A stretch of DNA of 61,071 bases, counting the filler, from Diploschistes diacapsis (taxonomy: Eukaryota), in NCBI GenBank assembly GCA_023645945.1. It is 8 parts of 8 records of this genome, joined end to end, with 100 filler letters (N's around TTAATTAATTAA, not from the genome) between each part and the next. Parts side by side here need not be neighbours in the genome. Positions count along the whole stretch, not along the records: positions 23,051 to 30,605 come from JALAIB010001273.1; positions 30,706 to 38,232 come from JALAIB010001274.1; 6 more parts are not named here. One strand, 5' to 3'. A program made the position numbers and the translations under genes. The notes beneath the pieces were generated by a model. The model was not told the DNA's origin and searched no databases. It saw only the letters and a program-made list of their open reading frames with translations. Within the stretch, counting starts at the first letter, position 1; each line of letters opens with the position of its first letter. This document shows, one piece after another, positions 23,794-37,522 of this stretch.

Positions 23794-24949
23794 TCTCTGC
23801 AGGGGTATAAAGAGCATGGTGGTGAGAGCATGGGGATTTGACCGGGCGTGTGGATCAAGGCTTTGTTTCTGGTGGGAGCATGCAAGCGTGGAACGTTCCA
23901 GGAGTTTTGACTTATGTACATTGTCACTTTGCTGTAGGCCGTAGCGATGTTACTACGGGGGGGAATGAAGCAGTGGAAGATTATCATTACAGGAACTTCG
24001 AGAATATGTTGAGCAGGCGCCCCTCTTTTGAACGTCTGGGGCACCGAGAATCACAATATCTGGCCCATCAAAGTCAAGTCCATCCTACAGCTGCACGGCC
24101 CTCTCGAGCCATGGCCCAGAACACACTCCGGCTTAATCGGGGCCAAGTCTCGCTCTCCGCCTTCTGACGCAGTACCGAGTATCCATGGGGGAAAATGGGT
24201 AATCAGTTACAGACCCTGTTCGGGACTGTTGCCAAGGCGCGACATAATGAATAGAATCTCTCTGGAGGCCACGGAGCAAGAGCACAGCTCAGAGATCGTA
24301 GGTGTCATAGGATTGCAGCAGGGATGCTGTACAGGACGCTGTTTCTGTTGCCTTGAAGCCCAGCCTCTCATCTCCCTTCTCTTCCCGTCTTGTGCGTTTC
24401 TTGGTTTCAAGGTGACGCTACTTTCTTGTAAAGTGGTGCAATCAGAATGGAACCCCGCGCGAAACCGTAAACGTCAACTTCTTTAACTATATACTAGGCA
24501 TACAGAGAGCGAGCAGATTTTTGTAAGACGCAGTGCGAACGAGTAGGGCCAATCACGGCTTGGCGGCGCTTCGAATCGCTTCAATGAGTCTAGCGCGTCA
24601 AGAAGCAAATTCTTCAAGTTCAACTTCTTTTTGTCTCGTTAGTGAAAGTCGGTCTCGCAGTCCCCATGAGCCCATACATCTCCACTACAACTTTGGAAAG
24701 TGCAGCAGATGCTGCTCCAGTTAGCCGGAGCTGTGCGGTCTACGGGTCCAGCTTATGGTGCCGGCCTACCTCCTTTGCAAATACAATCTTTGCGCAGAGA
24801 GTTTCTCACATTTCCTCGTGAGCTGAATACGCCTGCGAGGTTTACATATCTTGTATCTCTATGGACTTCTTCGTTCAGGATTACAGAATAAAAGCTTCCA
24901 GATGATGCAATAAAAACATCCTAAATAAAAAAAACCTATGCTACAGCTC

Positions 24950-26770
24950 TCGTCACAGATTTATCTCGCTCTTTCGGATGCATGAAATGGTCTTCATACA
25001 TCGTGAAGCCCTGCCTATCCTTTCTCGACCAAGTCTCTTCCCCGGGGACAGTTTCTATATCAAAATTCTCTAATAACTGCGGGAGTCAGTAAGATCAGCG
25101 GAACAGCAAGGCATAGGGAATACTTACATACAAAACTAAATTGCTGTCCGAGACACTTACGTGAGCCCTGCCCAAAAGTGAAGTTCAGCCGCCGCATTTT
25201 CCTCGTTCCCTCGCCTTTGCCTAGCCATCTCTCAGGTCGCCATGCACTGGCATCATGCCCATATAGCCCTTCGTTAAAGTTGATGGCGGGTGCAGCGGCT
25301 CCGATGTCTGTTCCTGGTATAAATTGGTCGTTGATCTTCAATCCTCCTTTAGCTACCCGTCTTAGGAGCAGGAAAGGTATGGGCGGATACAGTCGCCCTG
25401 CTTCTTGTACGCAGGCCATGAAATGGGGAAGCCATCGACATCAGCAGTTCGGCATCTATAGCATCGCTTGAAATCCTATTGCTCGAACTTCGGAGGCGGT
25501 CGATCCTGTGAAATAACTCAATTGTATAATCCTACAGAACCCGACATAAAAGTTACAAGAATTCACAATGGGTAGGGGTCAAAACAACTTCACAGTGGTG
25601 TACGAGCACTTGACGTTGTAGGTAAGGGTTTTGGTATGTATCTTGCTTCGGTGCTGTGCGGACTTACTTTGAGTACAGACTGGGTCCAGTCTTCCAATGG
25701 AACTTCGCATTAGGAAATCACGATACTGCATTATAAATCAGTAATGATTCGAGGTACGTCCGCATCTTTTGAGAGCCAAAACTAAGTTTACCGCCATGAC
25801 ATTTCCAATTCCTGTCTGATCTGTACTCCTAGGAAATAGTAATCGTTTGATCCCCGGGATGCTCTTCAAGGGGTTGAAGATATAGGGATACATCGCCATA
25901 AGCCCAGTCAGCACCGCAGAACTCCGTACTGCATCAATGAGGCCAAGATCGTCTCGTTCGCGGCTCGTCATGTCCAAGCGTTGGCCGAACATGAGGTCCA
26001 CGCACATGTCATATAGATAATGTCTAAGTCCTTAGCTGGTGAAGAGAGTTGGCAAAACGTCCGATATTTACCTTACGCATTCGGAGAAATTGCTCTTGCA
26101 TCCTGTTTTCTCCTTCTGAGTTAAGACGTTCACAAATTTCTCGATGCCTTCATCTATCTTGTGTTCGAGCTCCGATAGACTTTTAACGGACATCTATTTC
26201 ATCCCGTCAGCAGGACTGCTTGAGCACCGTGGCAAAGACAAATCTCTTACGACAGGTGCGATAGCCATCCGCCTCCGGGAGTGCTCTCTATGATCCAGAG
26301 TCTGGAGTAAGGGTGGCGTCTCACCCAAAGCTCCATGACTCCAGAAATCACTCTTGGCTACCTGACGATGGTAGACTTGAGAAATTGCGTCCGAGACATC
26401 AAAGGCCAGCATATTTGGAGCGACGCGGACAATGAGGCCTTGTGCAAACGTCAGTGATCTCAAGCTCTAGCGGTCTATGTTCTTACGAAGCCTTACCATA
26501 CTGCTCATGGAGTTTCCTGGCCAGACCCGACACATCGCTCGAGCTTAGCACGGAGAGTTTATAAAGGTCTGTGATGCTGCTCCAGAATGGCCCGGGGAAA
26601 CGACTTAGAGGATGGAGATAGCGGTTGTAGACTCCAAGTATAAGGAAACCAAAAAGACATATCATCAACGTCAAGGCTCCCGAGGCTGGTAACGTCGCCA
26701 GCTCCCAGAGCCAATCTATTGACAATTGCATTGAGCTGATCCGGCTCGTAGCAGAAGTAAGAAGGCGCAT
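24950..26770 (-). pseudogene. Cytochrome P450, probable pseudogene
   Basis: N-terminal TM plus YNRYLHPLSRFPGP, IVRVAPN, K-helix ACVQEAGRLYPP, WRPERW and heme motif FTFGQGSRKCLG. No I-helix AGxDT(T) motif is recoverable between ~25420 and 25790 and the frame is broken there. Confidence 0.7.
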
Positions 26771-28155
26771 TTACAGAACGGGAAGTAGAGAGGAAATGCT
26801 TTGCAGTTGACACGTTTCATAGTACCGACCGACGGCTCCTCTCAGGACGTTTTTGACTGCTTTGGGGTTTACAGCGAGCCCTTGGCCTTTTTTGGCTGGT
26901 TCTCTGACGACTCTTAATTGCAAATGCCATCACTATAGCTGAACTTGAAACCAGCAACGACAGTCTAGATCTTGGTTTAATTCTTGTCAGATGCCGATAT
27001 TACAAACATTATGCCTCGAGTTATTCCAAAGACCAACCATGACCTAACCTATTATCCTTTTCCCACTAGGCAACCCTCCAGTACGATGGGAGCCGACTCA
27101 CAGGGGCAAAGCTACATTCCCTTACCATACGCAAAGATCACCGGCAGCAAGGCACAGCCGCAAGCCTGGTACCTGTCGACTGTAGCTGTGGGATTTTTCA
27201 ACGGTCAGGCTCCAGCGGTAGAACGGCCACGCCGCCGGTTTATGTGAGTCGCTCGTCAGCATTGAGTGTTGCACGGTGTATACAGGACTCTTGTTCTAAG
27301 GCTGGCCTGTTCATAGCTGAAGACCTTGAGGCAATGGTGAAGTGGCACAGCATGACCAATATCTGTTGTACCAGAGGGCACTAATGCTGAGAAAACACGC
27401 AATACCTCTTAACGAGGCAGACAATTCGTCACGATCTTAAACCTTTTTCGCAAGGGCTGCTCAGCTCCGGCCCCCTCGATAGAGCTTGTGATGGTGGCGT
27501 GTCTGTCTTTCAGCGGATAGTTTGAATACGTTTCAATACAATACAATACAATACGGTATAGTAATCAATACACTAACTTTTCGAGGTTCCGAAACCTGAT
27601 GCAGCCACTCCGCAGGACTATCCTGCTTTAAAGTTAACGCCTCATCTATTCATCATTCATATAACCCATCGGTGTCACGGCCTGATATGTAAGTCCATGA
27701 ACGTTCCACTTGCTGGATGCACAGCGTCCCCACTTATCACTTCACTCGGAAGAAAGCCCACATTCAGTGCAGAAAAGCTGCAGGAGTGTGGGAAGGCAAC
27801 AGTTATCCCATGTTGCGGTAAACGTAGCTTGCGAGCGTTTGCGTCAAGAATTATGTATGTCAGCTGGTGGGATCTGATGCATAGTCTCTGATAGGCTGGC
27901 TTCTTTCATTGCTCATTTTGCCATATATTGCCAGGACATGCTCCGACGCTGTTTTTCACGAAGCCCAAGGCAGAGCATGCGAGGCGAGGCAGCGTCAGCG
28001 TTTTGTGAATGCCTATGATTGAGGCCGTGTGGTAGTACGGCCTGCGTCGGGTTGAGAATTTCCCAATACTAAGTCTTGTTGTTGAAACTCTCAATGCGAT
28101 TTCGTTTTCTCGCATATTTGTTGATCATTGATTCATCAATAGTCCAATTCTGACA

Positions 28156-29890
28156 ATGGAGCATACGAAGCCCACAAGCAGCAATGGCAGTTCGAGTCTC
28201 GACAGTGAGAAGCAAGTCTTTGAGAACAAAAAGGAGATAGCTGCACCAGATGCAAAAGGACCGCAAGGTAGAGAGGTTAATCAACAGCAGCTTGGTCCAG
28301 AATGGGAGCCACGCAAGCAAGAAAAGCTCATCATCGGCGTCCTAATGCTGGTTTCCTTGATCGCTGCGCTTGATACTACAGTCTTGACGCCGGCATTACC
28401 GGTAGGTTACTCCCGTAAAATTGTAATCAGTACCAATAGATTCAGACCATTGCATTCACCCTCAACGGCAGCATAAACGACATGTTCTGGGCAGGTACCT
28501 CTTATCTTCTAACCTTCACGTCGCTGCAGCTCTGTCTAGCAGCTGCACCGGATATCTTCGGCAGACGACCACTGCTCTTCATCTCTGTTCTACCATTCAC
28601 AGTCGGAAGCATCGTCTCTGGTACTGCCCAAGGATTCATTGCTTTACTAGCAGGACGCGCTGTCCAAGGCATTGGCGGAGGCGGAATCACTGCTTTAACA
28701 TACGTGATCTTTACCGATGTCATTCCCTTGCGGCAGCGGCCCGCCTATATCGGTCTTATACAGCTCGTGTGGGCGCTAGGAGGCATCATCGGTCCAGTGA
28801 TCGGAGGGCTCATCGCGCAACACACTACATGGCGATGAGTATTCTCCATGAACTTGCCAATCTGCGCAATCGCCTTGGCGACTATTCCCTTGGCCGTGAG
28901 GTTCGAAAAGTATGCAATCGACTGTCCTAAAGAAGGTATCTTCGGTAGATTGGGTTGGTTGCTTTCTGTCCGTGGGAAGCCTGACAAGCTTCCTACTCGG
29001 AGTGACCTGGGGAGGGATCCAGTTCCCATGGAGTAGCTACCAAACTAAACTCCCACTCGTCCTAGGTATAATCGGAATGGCACTCACCCTCCACTGGGAG
29101 CGCCGCGTCGTCAGCCTCCCTCTAATAAAGCTTAATCTTTTCGACCGACAAGGAAAAAATCATCTACCTATGTACTCTCCTACAAGGCTTAATCGTACGT
29201 TCTCCCTCGCCCCCCCCCTTGTCCTCTCCAACACCGACCCCTAATCCCCATCAACCCCGCACAGATGATCTGCCAACTTCTTCTATCTAATCCTCTGGCT
29301 CCAATCCGTCGGCGGCCAAACCCCGACCCTCTCGGGCGTGACCCAGCTCGCCCTGAGCATCAGCATGCTCCCCACCAGCGCCCTGACCGGTCTCGCCATG
29401 GCGAAGCGCGGCTCCTTCCTCTGGGCGCTGCGCACGGGCCGGCTCGTCCTGATCCTCGGCTCCGGGCTCATGATCCGCTTCTCCCGCCGCCTCCGGCATC
29501 GCGTACACCGTCGTTGTCTTCGTCGTCGTGGGCGTCGGCCACGGCATGCTGCTTTCGTCCCAGGGCTTCGCGGCCCCAGGCGGGGAAGGATGCCGGCGAC
29601 GTGGCGGTGGGCGGGGCGGTGGTGCAGAATCGCCTGGCGGGTGCGCTGCCGGCGCAAGATGCGGCACTGGCTATTCCTGGCTTGGGACACATGCCGGCTG
29701 CGGTGCGAGGGCAGCTGCTGCATGCGTACAGTGGCGCTTTTCAGACGCTTTTTTTATCGTTCTCACCGCGCTGGCTGCGGGTGGGGCCGTCCTGAACCTG
29801 GCGCTTGGGGCGCGGGAGACGGAGAGGGGCGTTGGGATCGAGGCACGTTTTGAAGAGGGATGGCTAGTTCTTCAAAGGGAAAGGAAGTAA
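28156..29890 (+). pseudogene. MFS drug:H+ antiporter (DHA2/14-TM type) pseudogene
   Basis: AALDTTVLTPALP, FWAGTSYLL, DIFGRRP, GRAVQGIGGGG, PLRQRP, GPVIGG. In-frame TGA at 28836-28838 replaces W in TTWR*VF, and several frameshifts follow (~28910, ~29155, ~29280, ~29485). Confidence 0.8.
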
Positions 29891-30074
29891 ATAGCATATC
29901 AACGGCACGCCAGCCAATCATTGAAACCGGTTCTTCATCCGACCAACTCTTACTAAATGTATCATGGACATGAATTTCTCAAACAAATCGCAACCCAAGG
30001 CTGGAATGATAACTTTCGCCTTTGCTTGTTCCATTGCCTTCATCTCCCCCCATCTACAAAAATCCCCCATGCTG

Positions 30075-30521
30075 CTACTGCTCTACTTCCGAAAACCCAA
30101 CCCGGACCCCGTTCCGACTCCTCTTCGAAAACCGATACTCCTCGACAAACTCCCGCGTCCCGTCCCTGCACTCGCACACGGCAAACGCCCTGGCAAAGCG
30201 CGCAACCACATAGGCATACTGCGTCACGACCATCTGCTGCGCCGGACAGTTGCGCGCCCCGCCGCCGGAATTGATGGAACTCCCACTTCGGCCGCAGCAG
30301 CAGCAGCGGAGGCCGGGCCGGGGCCGGGGCCTGGCCGGTTTCCAGCCAGCGCTCGGGCCGGAAGGCGCCGGCGTCGGGCCCGAAGTAGCTCGCGTCCTGG
30401 TGCAGCAGGTTGGTGCGGAAGTCGATCAGGGTGCCGCGCGGGACGAAAGACGGGGAATTGCCGTCTGCGTCGCGCGTGCAGAAGCGGATGAGCCGGTCTA
30501 GGGGAGCGAGGAGGCGGAGGC
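30075..30521 (-). pseudogene. Last exon of a CYP52-like cytochrome P450 with a frameshift; 5' part lies beyond the contig end
   Basis: After a CTGAC..CAG acceptor it reads LRLLAPLDRLIRFCTRDADGNSPSFVPRGT..YFGPDAGAFRPERW..RPKWEFHQF; a +1 shift is then needed for GGGARNCPAQQ (heme Cys) ..FVEEYRFSKRSRNGVRVGF; stop at 30075-30077. Confidence 0.7.
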
Positions 30522-30605
30522 CTGTTTTCGCGGGAGGGAAGAGGGGGACGGGGTCAGCGGTGGTCTTGTGGGCTTTTTTGTCCGCCTTGCTTCGTCCTTT
30601 TGGGA

Positions 30606-30705
30606 NNNNNNNNNNNNNNNNNNNNNNNNNNNNNNNNNNNNNNNNNNNNTTAATTAATTAANNNNNNNNNNNNNNNNNNNNNNNNNNNNNNNNNNNNNNN
30701 NNNNN
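30606..30705. other. Artificial contig linker
   Basis: N44-TTAATTAATTAA-N44. Confidence 0.98.
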
Positions 30706-31334
30706 AGGTCGTTTTATGTTCAATTTAGACGAAGTTCTTGAAATAAGTATTTAAATTAAATCGAGTCGGACAGTTTCGAAACGATTTATAACGCGTAAAA
30801 AACGTCGTCGCGTTTCTAAAATCGAAGAAGATAAAGAAAAAAAAAATTGTATTTAAATCGATTAGATTCTAGTTACGACAAACAAATTATATCGAAAAAC
30901 CGTAAAATGTTAATAATAATGATTTGAGGTGGCCGGAATCTGGGGGTGGCCGGAATCCCCGTGAAACACGTTATATTTAAATCGACGTATATTGAATTTA
31001 TAATGCTTGATAAAAAAAATTCGAAAATAACAAACGTAAATTAAATAAACGAATCGAATTAAAAGATCGTTTTATATTTAATATAAACGATGTTTTTAAC
31101 ATAATAATTTAAATTAAATCAAATCGAATAATTTCGAAATGATTTATAACGCGTAAAAACGTCGTCGCCTTTCTGAAATCGAAGAGGATAAAGAGGAAAA
31201 TTTTAGATTCGATTTAGATCGATTATATTTCAATTACGACGAATAGATTATATTTAAAAACCGTAGAATGTTAATAATCATAATTTGAGGTGGCCGGAAT
31301 CTGGGGGTGGCCGGAATCCCCGTGAAATACGTTA
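30706..31334. mobile_element. Two tandem RIP-degraded ends of a Fot1/pogo (Tc1-mariner) DNA transposon
   Basis: Two similar AT-rich units ~361 bp apart, each ending in GAGGTGGCCGGAATCTGGGGGTGGCCGGAATCCCCGTGAAA(C/T)ACGT|TA (30926-30973 and 31287-31334): ACGT terminus, TA target and internal direct repeat. Confidence 0.75.
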
Positions 31335-32136
31335 TTACATCGACTTTTAATTCGAAAAAAAGAAAAAAAAGGGATATTAGATAAAAAAATACGAACATAA
31401 TAACAAACGTTACGGCATTTAATACCAGCGTTTATTATCATCTAAATCGCAAGATTAAAGACTTAAAAACATAAAAATAAACGTCGTTGCCTATCCCTTA
31501 CGTTTTTAAAGGTAAATACGTCGCCGACGGTCTTTAAAGGCACCGGATAATCCATTTCAGAAACTTAAAATAAAAACTTATTTAGCTGCGGATACGTCGA
31601 TAAAGGGCCATGAGGCTCTTCTCGACGCTTATTTACATTAGGACTTTCGCAGCGTAGGCGACGTCTGCGTTTCTATAGGCGGACGCTGCGTACACTTTCG
31701 GAAATACTTCTCAAAGAGGTAAGCAGCGCTCGGCGGCGAGACACGAGCTAACTATGAGTGGACTTACGCGGTGCATTTACAGGGTTGCTAAACCTCTCTA
31801 ATATGTTCCGACTGTTCTTTCAAGTGGGGCAGATGCTTCTAAATTTTTCAGTTACTATCTGAGCGGCATCCTCCTCACCGTTCCCATGTACAGTGTAGCT
31901 ATCTAAACCTCTAGTGGACACATTTTCCATCCTAGAGCTTCCACAGGCTCGACCCAATCTTCAAAGCCGTCCCAAAATATCCACGAAAGCGCCTATAATG
32001 CGTGGCACGAACCTAGAACACGCTTGACTAAAATTACAATACAAATAAACCATGAAAAGGGTGGACTGCCATCGTGAGGTCCAGACCCATCTGAAAGGAA
32101 CCCTTGAGCCGCAAGCGACTGGGTGGCCTAGAGATT

Positions 32137-35100
32137 TTAACTGCCACGGGGCGAGGTAGGTGAATACTGTGGAGAAGTGGGAGACCATTTAGGAGACGAT
32201 GCTGAATATGGGGCAGAACCTGGTGAAGTTGGCGACCCATTATATTTTGGCGAGGTTGGCGAGTAGTGACCCGTCGGACTTGTTGGACTGTAGATGGGTG
32301 AAGTTGGGCTGTAGTTTGCAGGGGATGTGGGTGACGTTGGAGAATGCTTCTTGGCAGCTGGGCCTCCGCTGAATTGAGGACTTGTTGGGCTATAGACTGG
32401 TGATGTAGGGCTGTAGCTTGGGGAAGTGGGACTGTAATTGGGCGAGGTGGGGCTATAGTTAGGAGATGTGGGTGAATAGCTGGGTGAGGTCGGCGAGTAG
32501 GATGGTGATGTTGGTGAGATCCCAGCTTGACCATAAGCTGGAGATGTTGGTGAGTAGCCAGGCGAAGTCGGCGTGTAGGCAGGACTCGAAGGAGAGAAGC
32601 CTGGCGAAGTCGCAAAGCCTCGGGGACTGGTTATACTCATGCCAGGCGAAGTGGGAGAATAGGTAGGCGAGGAGGGAGAAAACCCTGGCGATGTTGGCGT
32701 TCCACTGAAAGGACTGCTAGGAGAGTAGCCTCCTCCAGGGCTGGTTGTGGAGAAGGGACTTCGATCCCCAACCCCAAATCCAGGCATTGGCCTATGCTCT
32801 GAATTGAACCCGCTCGGAGACTCACCACCAGAACTCACGATGGGGGAAAAATTGGCGGCATGATCTGGGGAGTTCAAATAAGAGACATCTTGTAGGGGAG
32901 AGCCACTGTCATATGGGGTCGCTGCTCCGTCTATTATTGTCGAGCCCTTGACGCCGATGCCCTGCATGAACCCCAATCTGGAGTTGTCGGAAATAACGGT
33001 GTCGAGCATTTTCTGATCTAGCATAATGTCCATCTCGCCAGTTCCAAGCGGCGCCAACTGACCTAACATTACGTTCTCGGAAACACCGCGACAGTCATCC
33101 AGCTCTCCGCAAGCGGCTGCATCAAGTAAGATTTCCACAGTCTCCTCGAACGAGCACCTCATCAAGGCTCCTGTATCCGCTCGATTTATACCAAATCGAG
33201 TGATTGGTATCGGAAATCCTCTGACGGTCATAATATCAACTAACAGAGCAAGATGACGATGGTTAACGTAGGTACCATCAAAAGATAGAACAAGTCCGAG
33301 TTCATGCATGAGGGCAGCGCGCGCCGCCTCGATCCCGAGGACTCGGAATAATTGAAGAAAAGAGTTGGTGTATGTGCGACCTGCGTCAACGCCAGGTATA
33401 GCGAGAACCTCGGCAAGGGAAGTTCCACTGGTATCTAAGAACCACTCCTTGCAACGGTCGTCCTCTGAGGAGGTCTTGAGTGAGCCATCAGCAAGCTTCC
33501 GGGTAACTGTGCGTTGACTCAAAAAAGCACGATCGACGCCAGGCACACCCCTTAAGGTTAAAGTATCGAGGATATGCGTTTCCATTTGCTTTAACATAAT
33601 GTCTTCCTCAATATCATCGTCATCTTCACCTTTGTCGTCGCGGACCATGCGAATGCGAATTACCTGTTCGTCGGCGTTGTTGTCACTAAAAATCACTGCC
33701 ATATCGTTAGGATAATTCTCTTTGATTTTAGCCGCAACGTCCTGCACTGTCAGACCTTTGTCGAGGAGTTTCCTACGACCAAGAGTGATGCGAAGAAGCC
33801 ATCGTGACTGTTTGTTGGCGTCAATACCCGCAGCATCCGGGATAATCCAATACGACTCGACCATATCAACGTCTGCTGCAATGCCCGTGGTTTCTACGTC
33901 GGGATCGTAATATATCTCGGTAGAGTCCGTCACAGATCGAAGAGTAGTGTGTTCTACGGCGCTCCGCAGCCGCTTGGCAGTCTCTTGATTGCTGGCCGTG
34001 TCAGGCTCTTGATAAACCGTCATAGCGGGTGTCTTCAAATTCGTAGCACAATTTAAAATCTCTTTTAGACGGGGAACACCTAGGGTAACGTTTTTGGACG
34101 ATATGCCAGTGAAATGGAAGGTGTTAAGCGTCATTTGAGTCGCGGGCTCTCCAATCGACTGAGCAGCCAGCACCCCAACCATTTCGCCCGCGTTGACTGC
34201 GGCACGACTGAAACGATTCTCAATTTCGCCAAGCACATGCTGAAGAGCAATCTTGTTGAGCGAGTCCTCCATGACCAGTCGTTTAAAAGCCAACCTCGAT
34301 AGGAGGTGAGCCTTAACCAGGAGGGTAGCATTGTTCTGGCCCTCGATCGACAGCGGATCATCGCCTCTCACCACGACGAGCCGATCAAGAAGATCACGTA
34401 CTTGAGGAACAACTTCCGAAGGATGCAGATCACTCCGGGCCCCCTTTTTGATCTTGAAAATGGTCTTCGCTGTGTTGATAATACGGATAACATTGACAGG
34501 AAGTTGCAGCTGTTCGTTATCGCCTGGTCGAGTTTCCCGTATCCAATCACGAGCTCTCCTCAAACGTTCCCATTCTTCATCGAAGTATGGCTGAGCATCT
34601 GATTCGCCCCCAAATATGGATGAATCTTCGAGCATACCAGCAGGTATCAGGAATCTCGGATCCATAAGATCAACTCTGAACTTTCTCTCGAAAGCAGCGT
34701 CGGAACAGGCGATGATATCAACTCTTTGAGCCTCGATGTGAACACCGTCGAGACCGTCCTCGCCGTATATGAACTGAACAATATCGCCCAGGGAATTGCG
34801 AACAGTACCATCGTACTTTACCATAACGTCTTCCATGGCCTTGACTAGCCGTCTCTGAATGTAGCCTGTTTCTGCTGTCTTCACCGCAGTATCAATAAGA
34901 CCCTCTCGCCCAGCCATAGCGTGGAAAAAGAACTCGGTTGGTGTTAGACCTCTGAGGTATGAATTTTCTACGAAGCCTTTGGACTCAGGAGAATAATCGT
35001 CCTTGGTGAAATGCGGCAGAGTCCTGTATTTGAACCCGAAGCTGATTCGCCTTCCGTCGACGGACTGCTGCCCGACAGCAGCAGTCATTTGGGAAATGTT

Positions 35101-37522
35101 GATGGAAGAGCCCTTGGATCCAGATTTAGACATCTGAAGAGCATTGTTAATGTCTTTTAGGCAATCCATCGTCACGTCCCCTGCATCATCGCGCGCTGTG
35201 TTTAGCGCTTTTGATACTTTGCTCTCAAATGTTTCTCGCACATTCATGCCAGGAAGTGGTTCAAGCTCGTTCTCAATAGCGAGCCGTGTCAGATCCGCCA
35301 CCTCATTCTTGCGTTTGTTGACTGCATTTTCGATAAGTCGAATTGTCTCCTTGTTGGGAATCGTATCGCCAATCCCAATGCTAAAACCATTATGCAAGAG
35401 CCAATAGTTGACAACGGTCTGTGCTCCGTTGAAAAACCTGAGTGCAGCTTCGGGACCCGATTCATTGTAGACTGTATGAATAATGCCCCCACCACTTGCT
35501 CCCACGACTGATTTGTTCAGTAAGCCGAACATCAACTCTCCATCCTGGATGAATAAGCCATCATCGATCAATGGCGACAGACCTCCGTCGGCCGTTTTAA
35601 CCAGATCCAGACCGTCGGGGATCACCAGGCTAACGATCTGTTTACCCGACCACTTGGGCGTAGGCTTAAGTATAGCTGGAGTGGGGATAATTCCATCCCA
35701 GTCGGGTACCCATAATAGAATATTCATGACCTGTTCCAAATCCAGAAATACATCACGGCGCGTAAGCTTGAATATGCCGCATAGTGTATCCTGAACAATT
35801 CCCATGATTGGTGAGTTGCGTTGGGGTGAGACAATATTCAAAGGCACCATGCAAAGTTGATTGATTTCGGCTCGTGCTTCTTCACTCTGTGGAACATGAA
35901 GATTCATCTCATCGCCGTCGAAGTCGGCATTATAAGGCGATGTCACAGAGAGATTTAGCCTGAAAGTCGAATACGGCATGACCCGCACCCTGTGGCCCAT
36001 CATGGACTCCTTGTGCAGCGAAGGTTGTCGGTTGAAGATGATGTAGTCCCCATCAATTATATGCCTTTCCACCTTCCATCCATATTGGAGCGATATCTCT
36101 CCAGCCCTTTTGTGGTGGCGCAGGTCGATCCTCTCGCCAGTATCTCGAATAACATATTTGGCTCCAGGGTGTAAATTAGGACCATTCTTGACAAGCTGAT
36201 GAAGCTTGTGGATATTGTAAGGCGTAACGGTTTCTGGGTAAGTCAATGTTCTGGCAATACTCCTTGGAACACCAACTTCGTCAAGCGAGAGATTGGGGTC
36301 GCCTGTAATCACAGTACGAGCTGAAAAGTCCACACGCTTCCCCATCAAGTTGCCACGAAGTCTACCCTCTTTTCCTTTGAGACGTGCGCGGATCGACTTC
36401 ACAGGTCGACCCGATTTCTGCAAAGCTTGTGGCTGCCCCGCAATATCGTTGTCCATGTAAGTAGCGACGTGAAATTGCAGCAGCTGTTCGAACTCGGTGA
36501 CAACATGACCAGGGGAGCCGTCCATTTCGCAACGTCTGACGTTGCCGTTGGCGCGGATGATGTCACCGAGCTTATATGTCAGATCATCTTCGCTTTGCAT
36601 GCCGGTGCCGCTACCATCAACTGATATGCTTGGACGCACAGGGGGCGGTGGTACTGGAAGTACAGTGATAATCATCCATTCCGGGCGAGCATAATCGTTA
36701 CTCAAACCCATAATCTTGATATCTTCCGTTGAGATTCGGCGAAAAACACTGTGAGCCATAGACGGCGTAATAGGTTTGGTCTCGTTTTGCGTTCCCTCGG
36801 CTTCATCGTCGCCCTTCTGCGCCTTCCATGTTCCCATGAGCGTTAAGCCTTTGCGCCTGATCGTGGGTTGGGTGTTTCCACACCCTCCATGGTTGTGCTT
36901 GCGCTCTTTTGGCTTGTCCGAATCATCATCCTCGCTTAACGGCGTGTTCTCGCAAACCATTTTGCTCTTGCAGACGTTCCATATGGCGTCAAACCTTCTC
37001 TTACCGTCACGAAAACGCATCGCTTCCTTGAAAGTAGGGTCATTCTGCAAATAAAGGCATCAGCAAAGAACCACTCAAAACACCATGACCATAGGCTCAG
37101 CGATGACTAACTTCGTCTGAAAGGATTTTGCCGCAATTATGGCAAACAGTCTCGAGAAGTTTCTTTATTTTGGTCATGAAACCTATGCATGTTAGATTCC
37201 ATCTCCATGGTAGCCTTTTGCCATTCAATAACGCACCAACATGGAATACAGGCGTGGCAAGCTCTATGTGACCAAAATGCCCCGGACACTCAGACATGTT
37301 TTCGTCACAAGTTGCGCATTTGAATGCCCTATTGATAGAGCCAAGTTTGGGATCATTCAAGCCTCGTTCTCTTGGCCGGAGCTTCTGTTCATCCATGGTC
37401 TCCGGATACTCTATGTGGCAAACACTCATGTTCTTAATTTCTTCAGGAGAAAGCAGGCCAAATTGGATCTCCTGGATGTTTCGCAGCGGAGCGCTGGAGT
37501 ATGAGAAATTGAGACTAGCCAT
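32137..37522 (-). CDS. RPB1: RNA polymerase II largest subunit
   Basis: Zn motif [29 protein letters not shown], catalytic [20 protein letters not shown] and a C-terminal YSPTSP heptad domain; two short introns near the 5' end (~37047-37111, ~37183-37236). Confidence 0.99.
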
